Counted from the stretch's first letter, positions 1-9,267 are shown. The stretch: 64,000 nucleotides of DNA from Candidatus Falkowbacteria bacterium RIFOXYC2_FULL_36_12 (GCA_001778235.1 MFGJ01000006.1:98092-162091), one strand, 5' to 3'. Translations and numbers: made by a program. The notes: a model not told the origin generated them from the letters alone.

Positions 1-141
1 CTGTATAAAATATACGGTTTTTTTGTTTTTGAGTGAAAGTGATATAATATAGATACAAATATACAACTATACAAGAATTACAAAATCAATTAAATTGTTG
101 TTGTATTCGTATTATTTGTAATATTCGTAAATTTGTAATAC

Positions 142-1539
142 ATGAAAATAAAATTTTGCGGAGCAGACAAGAATGTTACTGGATCAAGACATTTGATTGA
201 GATTAATAATAAAAAAATTTTACTGGACTGTGGTTTGTTCCAAGGTGGTTTTAGTCGTCTGGAAAAGCATAAGATGAACAATAAGTTTCTTTTTGATCCA
301 AAGAAAATTGATGTTGTAATTTTGTCCCATGCGCACATTGATCATGCGGGGAATTTGCCAACATTGGTTAAACAGGGTTTTAAGGGTAAAATTTATTGCA
401 CGAAACCGACGATTGAGTTACTCGGAGTAATGCTTGAAGATTCAGCCAAGATTCAAGCTCAAGATGTTGATTATTTGAAAAAAAGATTTGAAGCTGTAAT
501 TGAACCACTATATTCAAAAGTTGATGTTGTGCACACTTTGAAAAAAATGGTTGGAGTTGATTATGGTCAATGTTTTGAAGTGGAAGAAGGTTGCAAAGCA
601 ACTTTTTATGATGCTGGTCATGTTCTTGGGTCAGCTCAAACATTATTAGAGATAAAAGAAGGGAATAAAAGCTATAAATTGGTATATACTGGTGATTTGG
701 GTCGGAAAAATATGCCAATTCTCAATGATCCATATCAAATCCTTGAAGCTGATTTTCTCATAACCGAGAGCACCTATGCTGAACACATTCATGATACCTT
801 TGATTATGTTTTTGATGAGATGAAATGGGCGATAAATGATGTTGTGGCAAGAGGTGGCAAAATCATTGTTCCGGGTTTTTCTCTTGAGAGAACGCAGGAG
901 CTAGTTTATGTTTTGCATAAACTGTATCTTGATAAGAAAATTCCAGCTGTACCAATTTTCGTTGATAGTCCGATGTCAACAAAAATTTCCAAGGTTTTTA
1001 TGAACAATGTTGATTATTATGATGATCAATCATTTAGAGATTTCCTTGGACGAGCCAGAAGTCCATTCGCATTTAAAAATTTGAAATATATAACTTCAGT
1101 TGAAGAGTCAAAAAAGTTGAATTATTATAAAGGTTCCTGCATAATAATTTCAGCTTCAGGTATGTGTAATGCTGGTAGAATAATCCATCATTTGAAACAT
1201 AATATTGAAAACCCAAAAAATTTAATTTTGATAATTGGTTATATGGCCGAGGGAACACTTGGCCGAAGAATAGTTGAGCAGAAACGAAAGGTGAAAATAT
1301 TTGGTCAATATTATAATTTAAAGGCTGATGTCCTAGCAATGAATGAGTTTTCAGCCCATGCGGACAAGCTTGATTTGCTGGCCAATGTACAGAATATGAA
1401 AAAATTAAAGAAAGTATTTATTGTTCATGGTGAAAAATTCGCAACTTCGTATTTGCGCGATTGTATAAAAAATGTGTTAAAATTTAAAGGTGAGGTAATT
1501 GTCCCCGAGCTCGGTGAAAAGATAATGATAGGAAGTTGA
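142..1539 (+). CDS. MBL-fold metallo-hydrolase of the beta-CASP RNA-processing nuclease family (CPSF73/RNase J-like)
   Basis: HxHxDH motif (SHAHIDHAGNLP), beta-CASP-like C-terminal region, 465 aa, TGA stop. Confidence 0.7.
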   Translation: MKIKFCGADKNVTGSRHLIEINNKKILLDCGLFQGGFSRLEKHKMNNKFLFDPKKIDVVILSHAHIDHAGNLPTLVKQGFKGKIYCTKPTIELLGVMLEDSAKIQAQDVDYLKKRFEAVIEPLYSKVDVVHTLKKMVGVDYGQCFEVEEGCKATFYDAGHVLGSAQTLLEIKEGNKSYKLVYTGDLGRKNMPILNDPYQILEADFLITESTYAEHIHDTFDYVFDEMKWAINDVVARGGKIIVPGFSLERTQELVYVLHKLYLDKKIPAVPIFVDSPMSTKISKVFMNNVDYYDDQSFRDFLGRARSPFAFKNLKYITSVEESKKLNYYKGSCIIISASGMCNAGRIIHHLKHNIENPKNLILIIGYMAEGTLGRRIVEQKRKVKIFGQYYNLKADVLAMNEFSAHADKLDLLANVQNMKKLKKVFIVHGEKFATSYLRDCIKNVLKFKGEVIVPELGEKIMIGS

Positions 1540-1597
1540 CAGATAGAATAGTGGGATCGGAGTAAGTGAAATAAATGTGAGATAAATTCGTATATAT

Positions 1598-2008
1598 ATG
1601 TATAAATGTATAATATTTGATTTTTTGGGTGTTTTACATCCGGATGTGAATAACAGAGCTAAAAATGTTGTGAAGGAAATAAAAGACCTGGGAATTGAGG
1701 TTGGAGGCATTACTAATTTGGGACAAAGTTCAGCAGATAAAATTGCCAAAGAGTTTAATATTGAAAAATATTATGTTGCGCCAGAAATGAATCTACCGAA
1801 GACTGATAGCACTATTTATGAGAAATTTATCAATGAATATGGGTTTTTGCCTGTGGAATGTTTGGTTATTGATGATTTGCCTGACAATTTGATCGCGCCC
1901 AGTTCATTGGGGATTAAAACAGTTTATTTAGGAAAAAAAGTTGGTGTTGAGGCAGATTATGTAATTAGTCAGATATCTGAATTGCTTGATGTTGTTAGGT
2001 CGGGATAA
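1598..2008 (+). CDS. HAD-superfamily hydrolase-like protein (short, degenerate motif I)
   Basis: N-terminal IIFDFLGVL and LVIDDLPDNL motif resembling HAD motifs I and IV. Confidence 0.35.
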   Translation: MYKCIIFDFLGVLHPDVNNRAKNVVKEIKDLGIEVGGITNLGQSSADKIAKEFNIEKYYVAPEMNLPKTDSTIYEKFINEYGFLPVECLVIDDLPDNLIAPSSLGIKTVYLGKKVGVEADYVISQISELLDVVRSG

Positions 2009-2096
2009 GTTTATTTGCACCTGATTTATTTATCTGCTAAGATTTAGTAACAATATAAATAATTAATAGTAAATTGAACAGGCAATAATCTGTTGA

Positions 2097-2852
2097 TTGT
2101 TGCAAATCAATAATTTTAATATGGAAAAACAAAAAAATGAATCAAAAGTTAATTTTTTCCTGGGATTTTTTGCTGGTTTAGCAGTGATTAGTATGATTGG
2201 GTTTTTTGTACTTCTTGCTATGGTAATTTCTGGTGGTGAGAGTACAACTGGGGTTGTTCAGGCTGGAAATGATGATTCAAACCTAGTGATAGATAATACT
2301 GATACTGCGGATCAACCACAAAATGTTGTGGCTGTTAAGCCTATTTCTGATGATGATTATGTCAAGGGTGACCCAAACGCTGATGTTCAGCTCATAATTT
2401 ATGATGATTTTGAGTGTCCATACTGTTTGAATCATGAAGCGACTGTAAATAAAATAGTTGATGAGTATGGTGATAAGGTAGCTATAGCCTTTCGTCATTT
2501 CCCATTATCTTTCCATCCAAATGCCCAGAAAGCAGCTGAAGCCTATGAGTGCGGAGCTGAACAGGGTAAATTCTGGGAGATGAAGAATAAATTATTTGAT
2601 CTAAATGAATCTGGTACAATGAGCGTGGCTAATTATAAAAAAGCCGCAGTTGAATTAAAACTTAATACCAGCCAATTTAATACTTGTTTGGATTCTGGTC
2701 AATATGCTTCTAAGATTGCCAGTCAACAGCAGGATGCAATTACTTTCGGAGTTGAAGGAACACCAGGTAACTTTTTAAATGGTCAGTTAGTTAGCGGAGC
2801 TTTACCTTTTGAGCAGTTTAAGCCGGTAATAGATCAGATTTTAGCGCAATAA
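2097..2852 (+). CDS. membrane-anchored thioredoxin-fold thiol:disulfide oxidoreductase (DsbA-like)
   Basis: N-terminal TM helix, CPYC active-site motif, DsbA-like length; alternative start ATG 2121. Confidence 0.7.
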   Translation: MLQINNFNMEKQKNESKVNFFLGFFAGLAVISMIGFFVLLAMVISGGESTTGVVQAGNDDSNLVIDNTDTADQPQNVVAVKPISDDDYVKGDPNADVQLIIYDDFECPYCLNHEATVNKIVDEYGDKVAIAFRHFPLSFHPNAQKAAEAYECGAEQGKFWEMKNKLFDLNESGTMSVANYKKAAVELKLNTSQFNTCLDSGQYASKIASQQQDAITFGVEGTPGNFLNGQLVSGALPFEQFKPVIDQILAQ

Positions 2853-2865
2853 AGTAAATAATATA

Positions 2866-2895
2866 GAAGAAACACAGATGAGTCTGTGTTTTTTT
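2866..2895 (+). terminator. rho-independent terminator after DsbA-like gene
   Basis: hairpin ACACAG-ATGAGT-CTGTGT followed by T7 run. Confidence 0.5.
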
Positions 2896-2944
2896 GTATT
2901 GGTTGTATTTTGTAACATTTTCGCTTTGCGAGCTACTTTTGACA

Positions 2945-2981
2945 CCCTGCCTACCTATATGCAGGCAAGCCCCGAGGTTGG
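2945..2981. repeat. variant copy of dispersed repeat family A (CCTGCC...GCAGGCAAGCCCCGAGG)
   Basis: shares GCAGGCAAGCCCCGAGGYTGG with copies at 10.56, 34.09, 37.25, 42.14, 52.59 kb. Confidence 0.5.
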
Positions 2982-3110
2982 TCGTGTTCGTAGGGTTGAA
3001 GGTGAGTGATTGTGATTGTGATTGGGAATATATGGATTATGTTAGAACTGAATTAATAATTAGACATATTGATAAATTTATGAATTTTTACTATAATTTG
3101 ATATAATTAT

Positions 3111-3198
3111 GGTGAGGTGGCCGAGTGGTTGAAGGCGCACGCTTGGAAAGCGTGTTGGGTGAAAGCTCACGCAGGTTCGAATCCTGTCCTCACCGCCA
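3111..3198 (+). tRNA. tRNA-Ser(GGA), long variable arm, encoded CCA
   Basis: acceptor GGTGAGG/CCTCACC, anticodon stem CACGC/GCGTG with loop TTGGAAA, T-loop TTCGAAT, discriminator G, 88 nt. Confidence 0.85.
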
Positions 3199-3310
3199 GT
3201 AGTTTTAGATTCGATACATGACACTATAGATATTTTGTTTAATTGAATTATCGGTTCTCCTCTAGAGGTGGAACCGCATCGGTTCGGCTTGAGCTCACGG
3301 CCGAAGGTTG

Positions 3311-3330
3311 GCGGAGAATCCTGTCCTCGT
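3311..3330 (+). other. degenerate partial copy of tRNA-Ser 3' end (pseudo-tRNA fragment / possible att scar)
   Basis: GAATCCTGTCCTC (3316-3328) identical to the T-arm/acceptor segment of tRNA-Ser 3176-3192; no complete cloverleaf can be drawn. Confidence 0.35.
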
Positions 3331-3353
3331 TGCTGGATTAACAACTTTGAACT

Positions 3354-4271
3354 ATGTATACATACAAGCATCCAAAACCAATAGTAATAAAGCTCACCGA
3401 TGAGCTTGGTTTTGATTTGCGACAAAAAGCGGCAGAGTATATTACTGCAAATCAAAATAGGACTGGCGCAGAACGAGGAAGTTCAGAGGAACAAGGGTTT
3501 GGTGCACTTGCAGAAATGGTTATACGGAACAAGCTGGGTATGTCAGAGATAAATTCAGAGGATCATCCTTTGGGATATGATCTTTTACTCCCATCTGGAA
3601 TTAAAGTTGATGTTAAATGTCGCGGTGGCGCACTACCATTTAAAGAGGAATATGAAAGTAGTGATGGTATTGCAAGAGAAGCAAAACATAATTTCTTTGC
3701 GCGACAGATGCATGACGAAAGACTGGACGCTGATATTTATGTCATGACCCACCTCGAAACTCCTAGCAAAAGAGAGCTTCCGGGCACGACTAGACAAAGA
3801 AAATGGGTACTTTATATCTGTGGTTGGGTCTCAAAGGAGCGAGTATCTAACGAGGGTGTTTACTTGCCACGCGGTTCTCTTACCGAACAAGGCAGAACGT
3901 GGTTCACTTATCGTGGGCAAGAAATAGAGTATTATAACCGCAACCTCAATGGATTAGAGTCAGTTCAGGATTTATTAAGTATTGAACAGATGGATGTCAC
4001 GAAAGACAGTGTCCACAAGGGCGACCTAAATCTTACTTCGGTTGATGCCATTAGAATTGCCTATGACCTTATTGGTCGTGGTGTGCTTTCGGAACAACAC
4101 CTGGCTTTTGTTCAAAATGAAACTGGCATAAATAAAATCGTGAAGCCAGTTTTACACTCAAATCAGTATTTTCATCTTTTACATTGGCTCAAAGAAAAAG
4201 GTGCGTTGACCGATAGCGAGATTGAAAAAGCGCGAAAAATTCTTCAAGAAGAGCCGTATAGTGGAATCTAA
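3354..4271 (+). CDS. putative Type II restriction endonuclease (PD-(D/E)XK-like)
   Basis: motif GYDLLLPSGIKVDVKCRG (D...D-V-K); convergent and 5 bp from a DNA methyltransferase; GC (~45%) above window background. Confidence 0.45.
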   Translation: MYTYKHPKPIVIKLTDELGFDLRQKAAEYITANQNRTGAERGSSEEQGFGALAEMVIRNKLGMSEINSEDHPLGYDLLLPSGIKVDVKCRGGALPFKEEYESSDGIAREAKHNFFARQMHDERLDADIYVMTHLETPSKRELPGTTRQRKWVLYICGWVSKERVSNEGVYLPRGSLTEQGRTWFTYRGQEIEYYNRNLNGLESVQDLLSIEQMDVTKDSVHKGDLNLTSVDAIRIAYDLIGRGVLSEQHLAFVQNETGINKIVKPVLHSNQYFHLLHWLKEKGALTDSEIEKARKILQEEPYSGI

Positions 4272-4276
4272 AATAG

Positions 4277-5365
4277 CTATAGTTTGTTACTAGCTGCTTT
4301 GTATTGAGTTTCAGCTTCTTTGATACGTTTTTTGGAAACTTCAATATAATCAATTTTGTGTTTCTTGAAGAGATAAACATCTTCGTTTTTTTCAATCCCA
4401 ATAAATTTTCTTCCCTCCAAAACCGCAGAGACTAGAAAGCTGCCGCTCCCGCAAGTATTATCTAGCACTACATCGCCTTCCTTCGTAAAAGTACGAATTA
4501 GATAACGACCAAGCTCCACTGGTTTTTGTGTCGGATGATAAACTTCACCTTCGCTCTCGGCGGTTTTGAAATAGACAACATCAGTTGGATATCTTTCGCC
4601 ATTACTTTTTACCTCAACGGTTTTGAAATCGCCATAACTTCCGGTAAATTGATCTTTTCTAAAACCCTTATTATAAGGCTCGCCATAAGTCATCTGAGGA
4701 TTATATGCGGGCTGACTCTTGTAAAAAATGCAAACATCCTCGTGTTTTCTCAACGGTTGTTTTTTGGCATTAAGAAAGTTTGTTGGTTTGGATTTTACCC
4801 AAGTGATTTTGTATTTAAATAATTTTGGATTAGATAACATCAGATTAGCAGTAAAAAGTCCTTGTCCAGTAAGAGCAATGACACCCTTATCTTTTATAAT
4901 ACGCTCGTAGTGGCTCCAAAGTTGGTCCATAGGGATAACGCTGTCCCAGTGATTTTGTGTGGTGCCATATGGCAAATCACACAAAATCATATCAACTGAT
5001 TTTGCAGGGATTTTTTTCATCACTTCCAAGCAATCTCCCTTAATGACATGATTCATGAAGTTGGAGATTGGTTTTTCGCTGTTTTTTATTGTTTTAGCTT
5101 TTACTTCCGCCACCCTGATATTTTTTCGTAAATACCAAAGACAGTAAGTGTTTACCTGCAACCCTTCTTGTTGAGCGCGTTGCTCTAACACTAGATAAGA
5201 GTCAGTTCCGAGTAAGTTGCGTAATTCATTACTTCCAAGATTAGCTATGATTTTATACAAATCTATATTTCTCTTGCCAAAAGCCAAAACAACGCCCTTC
5301 GTTTTCGGGTTTGTTTCTTTATGGTCTGAAAAATAGACTGCTTTGAAGATTTGGTTGCTTGCCAT
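4277..5365 (-). CDS. DNA methyltransferase, beta-class N6-adenine/N4-cytosine (motif IV before motif I)
   Basis: IKGDCLEVMKKIPAKSVDMILCDLPYG (motif IV region), HPTQKPVEL, DNTCGSGS (motif I); ~100 aa N-terminal extension of unknown function. Confidence 0.8.
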   Translation of the reverse strand: MASNQIFKAVYFSDHKETNPKTKGVVLAFGKRNIDLYKIIANLGSNELRNLLGTDSYLVLEQRAQQEGLQVNTYCLWYLRKNIRVAEVKAKTIKNSEKPISNFMNHVIKGDCLEVMKKIPAKSVDMILCDLPYGTTQNHWDSVIPMDQLWSHYERIIKDKGVIALTGQGLFTANLMLSNPKLFKYKITWVKSKPTNFLNAKKQPLRKHEDVCIFYKSQPAYNPQMTYGEPYNKGFRKDQFTGSYGDFKTVEVKSNGERYPTDVVYFKTAESEGEVYHPTQKPVELGRYLIRTFTKEGDVVLDNTCGSGSFLVSAVLEGRKFIGIEKNEDVYLFKKHKIDYIEVSKKRIKEAETQYKAASNKL

Positions 5366-5989
5366 ATGTGTATTATAGTATGATACCTATGCAAAAAGAA
5401 GTCCATTTATCCACATGAGTAATAAAAACAAGAGTAATTTCTTTATTTGATTATTTTATAAAGCTGGAAATAAGTTCCGCAATTTTGTATTTCGTAAGCG
5501 TTTAGGAAGAAAAGAATGGTCAGCAAAATTCATTTTTTCCATAATGAACATCTTTAGTGATTTTGAATCAACGGTCAGAATTACGAAGTCAATCAACGCC
5601 GTGAGGTAACTAGCCGTGAATCGGAGACATCAGTGCCATCAAGAAACTCACAGAGGAGTATTGCCGGGGACATTTTTTGTGAGAATTCTTCTCCAAGGTC
5701 AGTGGAGGTATTAAATAAGTATAAATTGAAAAATTAACTAATGTGAGTTATACTTAACTCAATAAAAAACTTGAAATTGTTAATGCTCGTGGTTTCGAAA
5801 TTCATTTTGCCCGCCCGATTCATCCGAGTCGCGCAAGGCGTAGCGAGGACAGAATTCCGTTCGAGCTATTTCAAGAATACACCGCCCGTAGTTTTGAAAA
5901 ACGAGTAGTAAAGGATTTTATTTTTCAATGGATTTTGAAAGTAAAAATTGGCAAAATAGGTAAATCCGCAAGGGATTTGAACCAAGGTT

Positions 5990-6385
5990 ATGAAAGTAGT
6001 AATAGCAGGAAGTGCGAAGCTTCAAAATGAAATACAAAAATGGATAGAATACTGGAATAGCAAAAACGACTATTTAGTTTTAGATTACCCAAAAGCTATT
6101 CCTGAAGATAATTTTGATGAACTTTATCCCGAGGTTCATAAAAACTTTTTCAAAAATATAACGGAAGCTGATGTACTTTTTATTGCTAACTATAAAAAGA
6201 ACGGAATTGGTGGATATATTGGAGCAGAAACTTTTGCCGAATTAGGATTTGGATTAGCCCAGAAATTGATTTACGGTAAAAAAATAAGATTGATACTTGC
6301 AAATATGCCAGTAAAAGAAGTTGCCTGTTATGATGAAATATTTTTATGGAAAAAACTCGGCTGGATAGATGAAATTATTGGATAA
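5990..6385 (+). CDS. nucleoside 2-deoxyribosyltransferase-like protein (weak)
   Basis: flavodoxin-like pattern VIAGS...GGYIGAETFAELGFGLA; adjacent to NUDIX gene. Confidence 0.3.
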   Translation: MKVVIAGSAKLQNEIQKWIEYWNSKNDYLVLDYPKAIPEDNFDELYPEVHKNFFKNITEADVLFIANYKKNGIGGYIGAETFAELGFGLAQKLIYGKKIRLILANMPVKEVACYDEIFLWKKLGWIDEIIG

Positions 6386-6507
6386 GAGATATATACATCA
6401 TTTTTATCAAAACAGTATGGAATGTTGCATATATCAATAAACTTTAATTGCTTCAAAACAAAATTTGTTAAAATGAGTACCCCGTAAGGGATTTGAACTA
6501 AAATAAT

Positions 6508-7014
6508 ATGGAATTAATGGAACAAAAAAAGAGTATGGTAAATACGACTTTAGTATTATTGATAAAACGGCAAGATAATAATATTTCAGAAATATGTTTA
6601 GCAATGAAAAAAAGAGGGTTTGGTCAAGGGCGATGGAATGGGGTTGGCGGTAAATTGGAAGCGGGAGAAACGATTGAACAAGGTGCGGTCAGAGAAACAA
6701 AAGAAGAAATAAATGTGGTTCCAATTGATTTAAAAAAAATAGCAGAATTGACTTTCAGATTTATTGATAATCCAGAATGGGATCAGATTGTTTATGTTTA
6801 TTTTTGTGAAAAATGGAAAAATAATCCGATCGAAACAGAAGAAATGAAACCTAAATGGTTCCGAATCACTGATTTGCCTTTTGAGCAGATGTGGCCAGAT
6901 GATAAATTTTGGTTAACAGAAGTACTGAAGGATAAATTGGTTAAGGCAGAATTTAACTATGAAAAGAATGATATTATTCTGGATAAAAATGTCTTAATTA
7001 CAGATAAATTATAA
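6508..7014 (+). CDS. NUDIX hydrolase (MutT-like)
   Basis: Nudix box GGKLEAGETIEQGAVRETKEEINV. Confidence 0.8.
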   Translation: MELMEQKKSMVNTTLVLLIKRQDNNISEICLAMKKRGFGQGRWNGVGGKLEAGETIEQGAVRETKEEINVVPIDLKKIAELTFRFIDNPEWDQIVYVYFCEKWKNNPIETEEMKPKWFRITDLPFEQMWPDDKFWLTEVLKDKLVKAEFNYEKNDIILDKNVLITDKL

Positions 7015-7018
7015 ATCT

Positions 7019-7591
7019 ATGAAAAAAGTCATTTTAGTTCATGGCTGGGATGGTAGTCCAGAAAATGCTTGGTTCCCTTGGCTTCGGGAAAATCTGATTA
7101 AGAATGAGTTTGAAGTTATTGTTCCTGCAATGCCAAACCCAAGCCAGCCAAATATTGCTATGTGGATAAAGCAAATTGGTGATTCAGTTAAAGAGATTGA
7201 TGAACAAACATATTTTGTGGGACACGGTATTGGTTGTCAGGCGGTTGCAAGATTCTTGGAAAAAGTATCAGACGGAAAAAAGGTTGGTGGAGTAGTTTTT
7301 GTCGCTGGTTTTTTTCAGAAATTAAACAATGAAGATGATGATGAGATAGATAAAGAAATAGCAAATGATTGGTTAAAGGCACCAATTAATTTTGCTAAAG
7401 TCGCATCGCATATTCATAAAAGTTTGGCGATTTTTTCTGATGATGATCCTGTTGTGCCTTTAGTTAATATTGATGACTTTAGAGATAAGCTTGGGTGCAA
7501 AATTATAATTGAAAAAAATAAAGGTCATTTTGATGATTATGCCAAAGTTTTAGAGTTGCAAAGTGTGTTAGATTTTTTACTAAAGAAATAA
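7019..7591 (+). CDS. alpha/beta-hydrolase fold protein (RBBP9/YdeN-like serine hydrolase family)
   Basis: VILVHGWDGSPENAWFPWL N-terminus, GHGIG nucleophile-elbow-like motif, ~190 aa. Confidence 0.45.
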   Translation: MKKVILVHGWDGSPENAWFPWLRENLIKNEFEVIVPAMPNPSQPNIAMWIKQIGDSVKEIDEQTYFVGHGIGCQAVARFLEKVSDGKKVGGVVFVAGFFQKLNNEDDDEIDKEIANDWLKAPINFAKVASHIHKSLAIFSDDDPVVPLVNIDDFRDKLGCKIIIEKNKGHFDDYAKVLELQSVLDFLLKK

Positions 7592-7598
7592 ATAATTT

Positions 7599-8072
7599 AT
7601 GAAAAAGTTAGTTATATTAATTGTTGCAGTATTGATTGTTGGTTTTGGTTGGTGGTATGTTTCAACAAATTATTCAAGTCCAGATGAAAATGAACCAAAA
7701 GCTGAAATTTTCAATCAGGAGAGATTAGCTGATTATGAGGGTCAGAAATCAATCCAATTGACTGATGTCTCTGGTGGTGGAGCAGTTGGAACTGCTTGGT
7801 TGGTTTTCAAGGATGGTCAAACATACAATAGAGTGATGGCAAGTGATTTGTTAGGTTTGGAAAATAATGATTTTTATGAAGGTTGGTTGGTAAATCCAAA
7901 AACTAAACAGTATTTTTCAACAGGAAAACTAAATAACCTCGGTGATGGGAATTATTATTTGGAATTTAACAATAATTCTATTAAGGAAGAATATAATTTT
8001 GTAGTAATTACCCTCGAGTCTGATGATGGAGATAGTTTTCCGGCAAAACATATTTTAGAAGGTGGGTTCTGA
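7599..8072 (+). CDS. hypothetical membrane-anchored protein
   Basis: ORF with N-terminal TM helix; no recognisable motif. Confidence 0.4.
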   Translation: MKKLVILIVAVLIVGFGWWYVSTNYSSPDENEPKAEIFNQERLADYEGQKSIQLTDVSGGGAVGTAWLVFKDGQTYNRVMASDLLGLENNDFYEGWLVNPKTKQYFSTGKLNNLGDGNYYLEFNNNSIKEEYNFVVITLESDDGDSFPAKHILEGGF

Positions 8073-8191
8073 ACCTAAAAAATCCGTGAAAACGGATTTT
8101 TCGTTTGCTTGAAATTGGAATAAATTATATAATCAAATTGCAATAAAAATTGGTGACAATAGGTGTTATTTATAGATTAATATAAAATTTT

Positions 8192-8800
8192 ATGGGAAAA
8201 AAGGTTTGGGTTGCAATCATGATCGCTGTATTGGTTTCATTGGTTGTGTCGCTCGCAGTAATTTGGTGGTTTTTTCATTACATGACAAGTTCAATGTTAT
8301 TACAACAAAGTGCAAATGATTCAATTCAAAGTGAGATGAGAGATGAAATCAAACAATTGAAAACTGGAACAGCGGTTACAGTCAGTGATAGTACGAAGAT
8401 AGAGGATAGTAATAATGGTGATCAGGCAGATTCTTCAAGCGATAATTCAAGTGAAATTTCGTCTGTTAAAGCTTGTCCAGCTGATAAACATTGTGTTAAT
8501 GGTATTTGTGTGCCGATTGCAACCCCTGATGAATATGGTTGTTCGGTCAATATGGTTTGCGACCAAGGTGAGGTTTGTAGAAATGGTTTATGTGTAAATG
8601 AAGAGACAGCAATAGATATTTTCGGTTGTCATCCTGCCATGACTTGTGATGCTGGTCAGGTGTGTAGACATGGTTTGTGTGTAAATGTGGGAACTGCTCT
8701 TGATGTTTATGGCTGTAGTTCATCGGTAAAGTGTGAAACTGGTCAGGTTTGTCGTAGTGGAAGTTGTGTTGCAGTCGGTAGTGCGTGTTTAGAAAAATAA
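8192..8800 (+). CDS. membrane-anchored Cys-rich repeat protein (4 x C-x4-C-x2-G-x-V-C-R-x-G-x-C-V units)
   Basis: N-terminal TM helix, Ser/Asp-rich linker, four ~35-aa cysteine repeats; followed by terminator at 8812-8842. Confidence 0.6.
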   Translation: MGKKVWVAIMIAVLVSLVVSLAVIWWFFHYMTSSMLLQQSANDSIQSEMRDEIKQLKTGTAVTVSDSTKIEDSNNGDQADSSSDNSSEISSVKACPADKHCVNGICVPIATPDEYGCSVNMVCDQGEVCRNGLCVNEETAIDIFGCHPAMTCDAGQVCRHGLCVNVGTALDVYGCSSSVKCETGQVCRSGSCVAVGSACLEK

Positions 8801-8844
8801 AATATTTTATAATAAAAAACCAGCAATGAAGCTGGTTTTTCGGT

Positions 8845-9264
8845 TTATTTTATTTTCTGGTTGATTTTTTGAATATAGTTTTTTATTGATCTCAATTCTT
8901 TGTTAACTAGCATTATTTCTCTTTCAGCTTTTCGGTTGATATGATAATCATATTCAAATCTTATTCTATCTCGTTCAGATGTACGATTTTGGCTCATCAA
9001 AATTATTGGTGCTTGGACCGCGGCTAAACTGGATAGACCAAAATTTAATAAAATATATGGATATGGGTCCCACGTCTGAAATATTAGCTGAACGGTATTT
9101 ATGGTCATCCAAAGGGCCATTACAATAAAAAGTGCGATAATGAATGTCCAACTACCGATTGAAGATGTTACCCAGTCAGCGGCTTTTTGACCGCGAGAAA
9201 GATTTTTTTTGTTTTCAGCTGGAATCGTGGGGCGTTGATTGGTATTGTTTATTCGACTGGGCAT
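8845..9264 (-). CDS. hypothetical membrane protein
   Basis: ORF with 2-3 predicted TM helices. Confidence 0.4.
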   Translation of the reverse strand: MPSRINNTNQRPTIPAENKKNLSRGQKAADWVTSSIGSWTFIIALFIVMALWMTINTVQLIFQTWDPYPYILLNFGLSSLAAVQAPIILMSQNRTSERDRIRFEYDYHINRKAEREIMLVNKELRSIKNYIQKINQKIK

Positions 9265-9267
9265 AGT

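Noticed and set aside
3262-3340. Second functional tRNA downstream of tRNA-Ser
   Set aside because: Only a 13-nt T-arm/acceptor segment matches. No cloverleaf with a D-arm and anticodon arm can be drawn. Recorded as a degenerate fragment.
3078-3455. 125-aa minus-strand ORF overlapping tRNA-Ser
   Set aside because: Overlaps a well-formed tRNA and the tRNA-like fragment. Most likely spurious.
5961-6500. Minus-strand tRNA genes suggested by GGTTCAAATCCC T-loop-like strings
   Set aside because: Adjacent sequence cannot form a T-stem (only 2 bp pair) or an acceptor stem. Treated as a shared leader motif instead.
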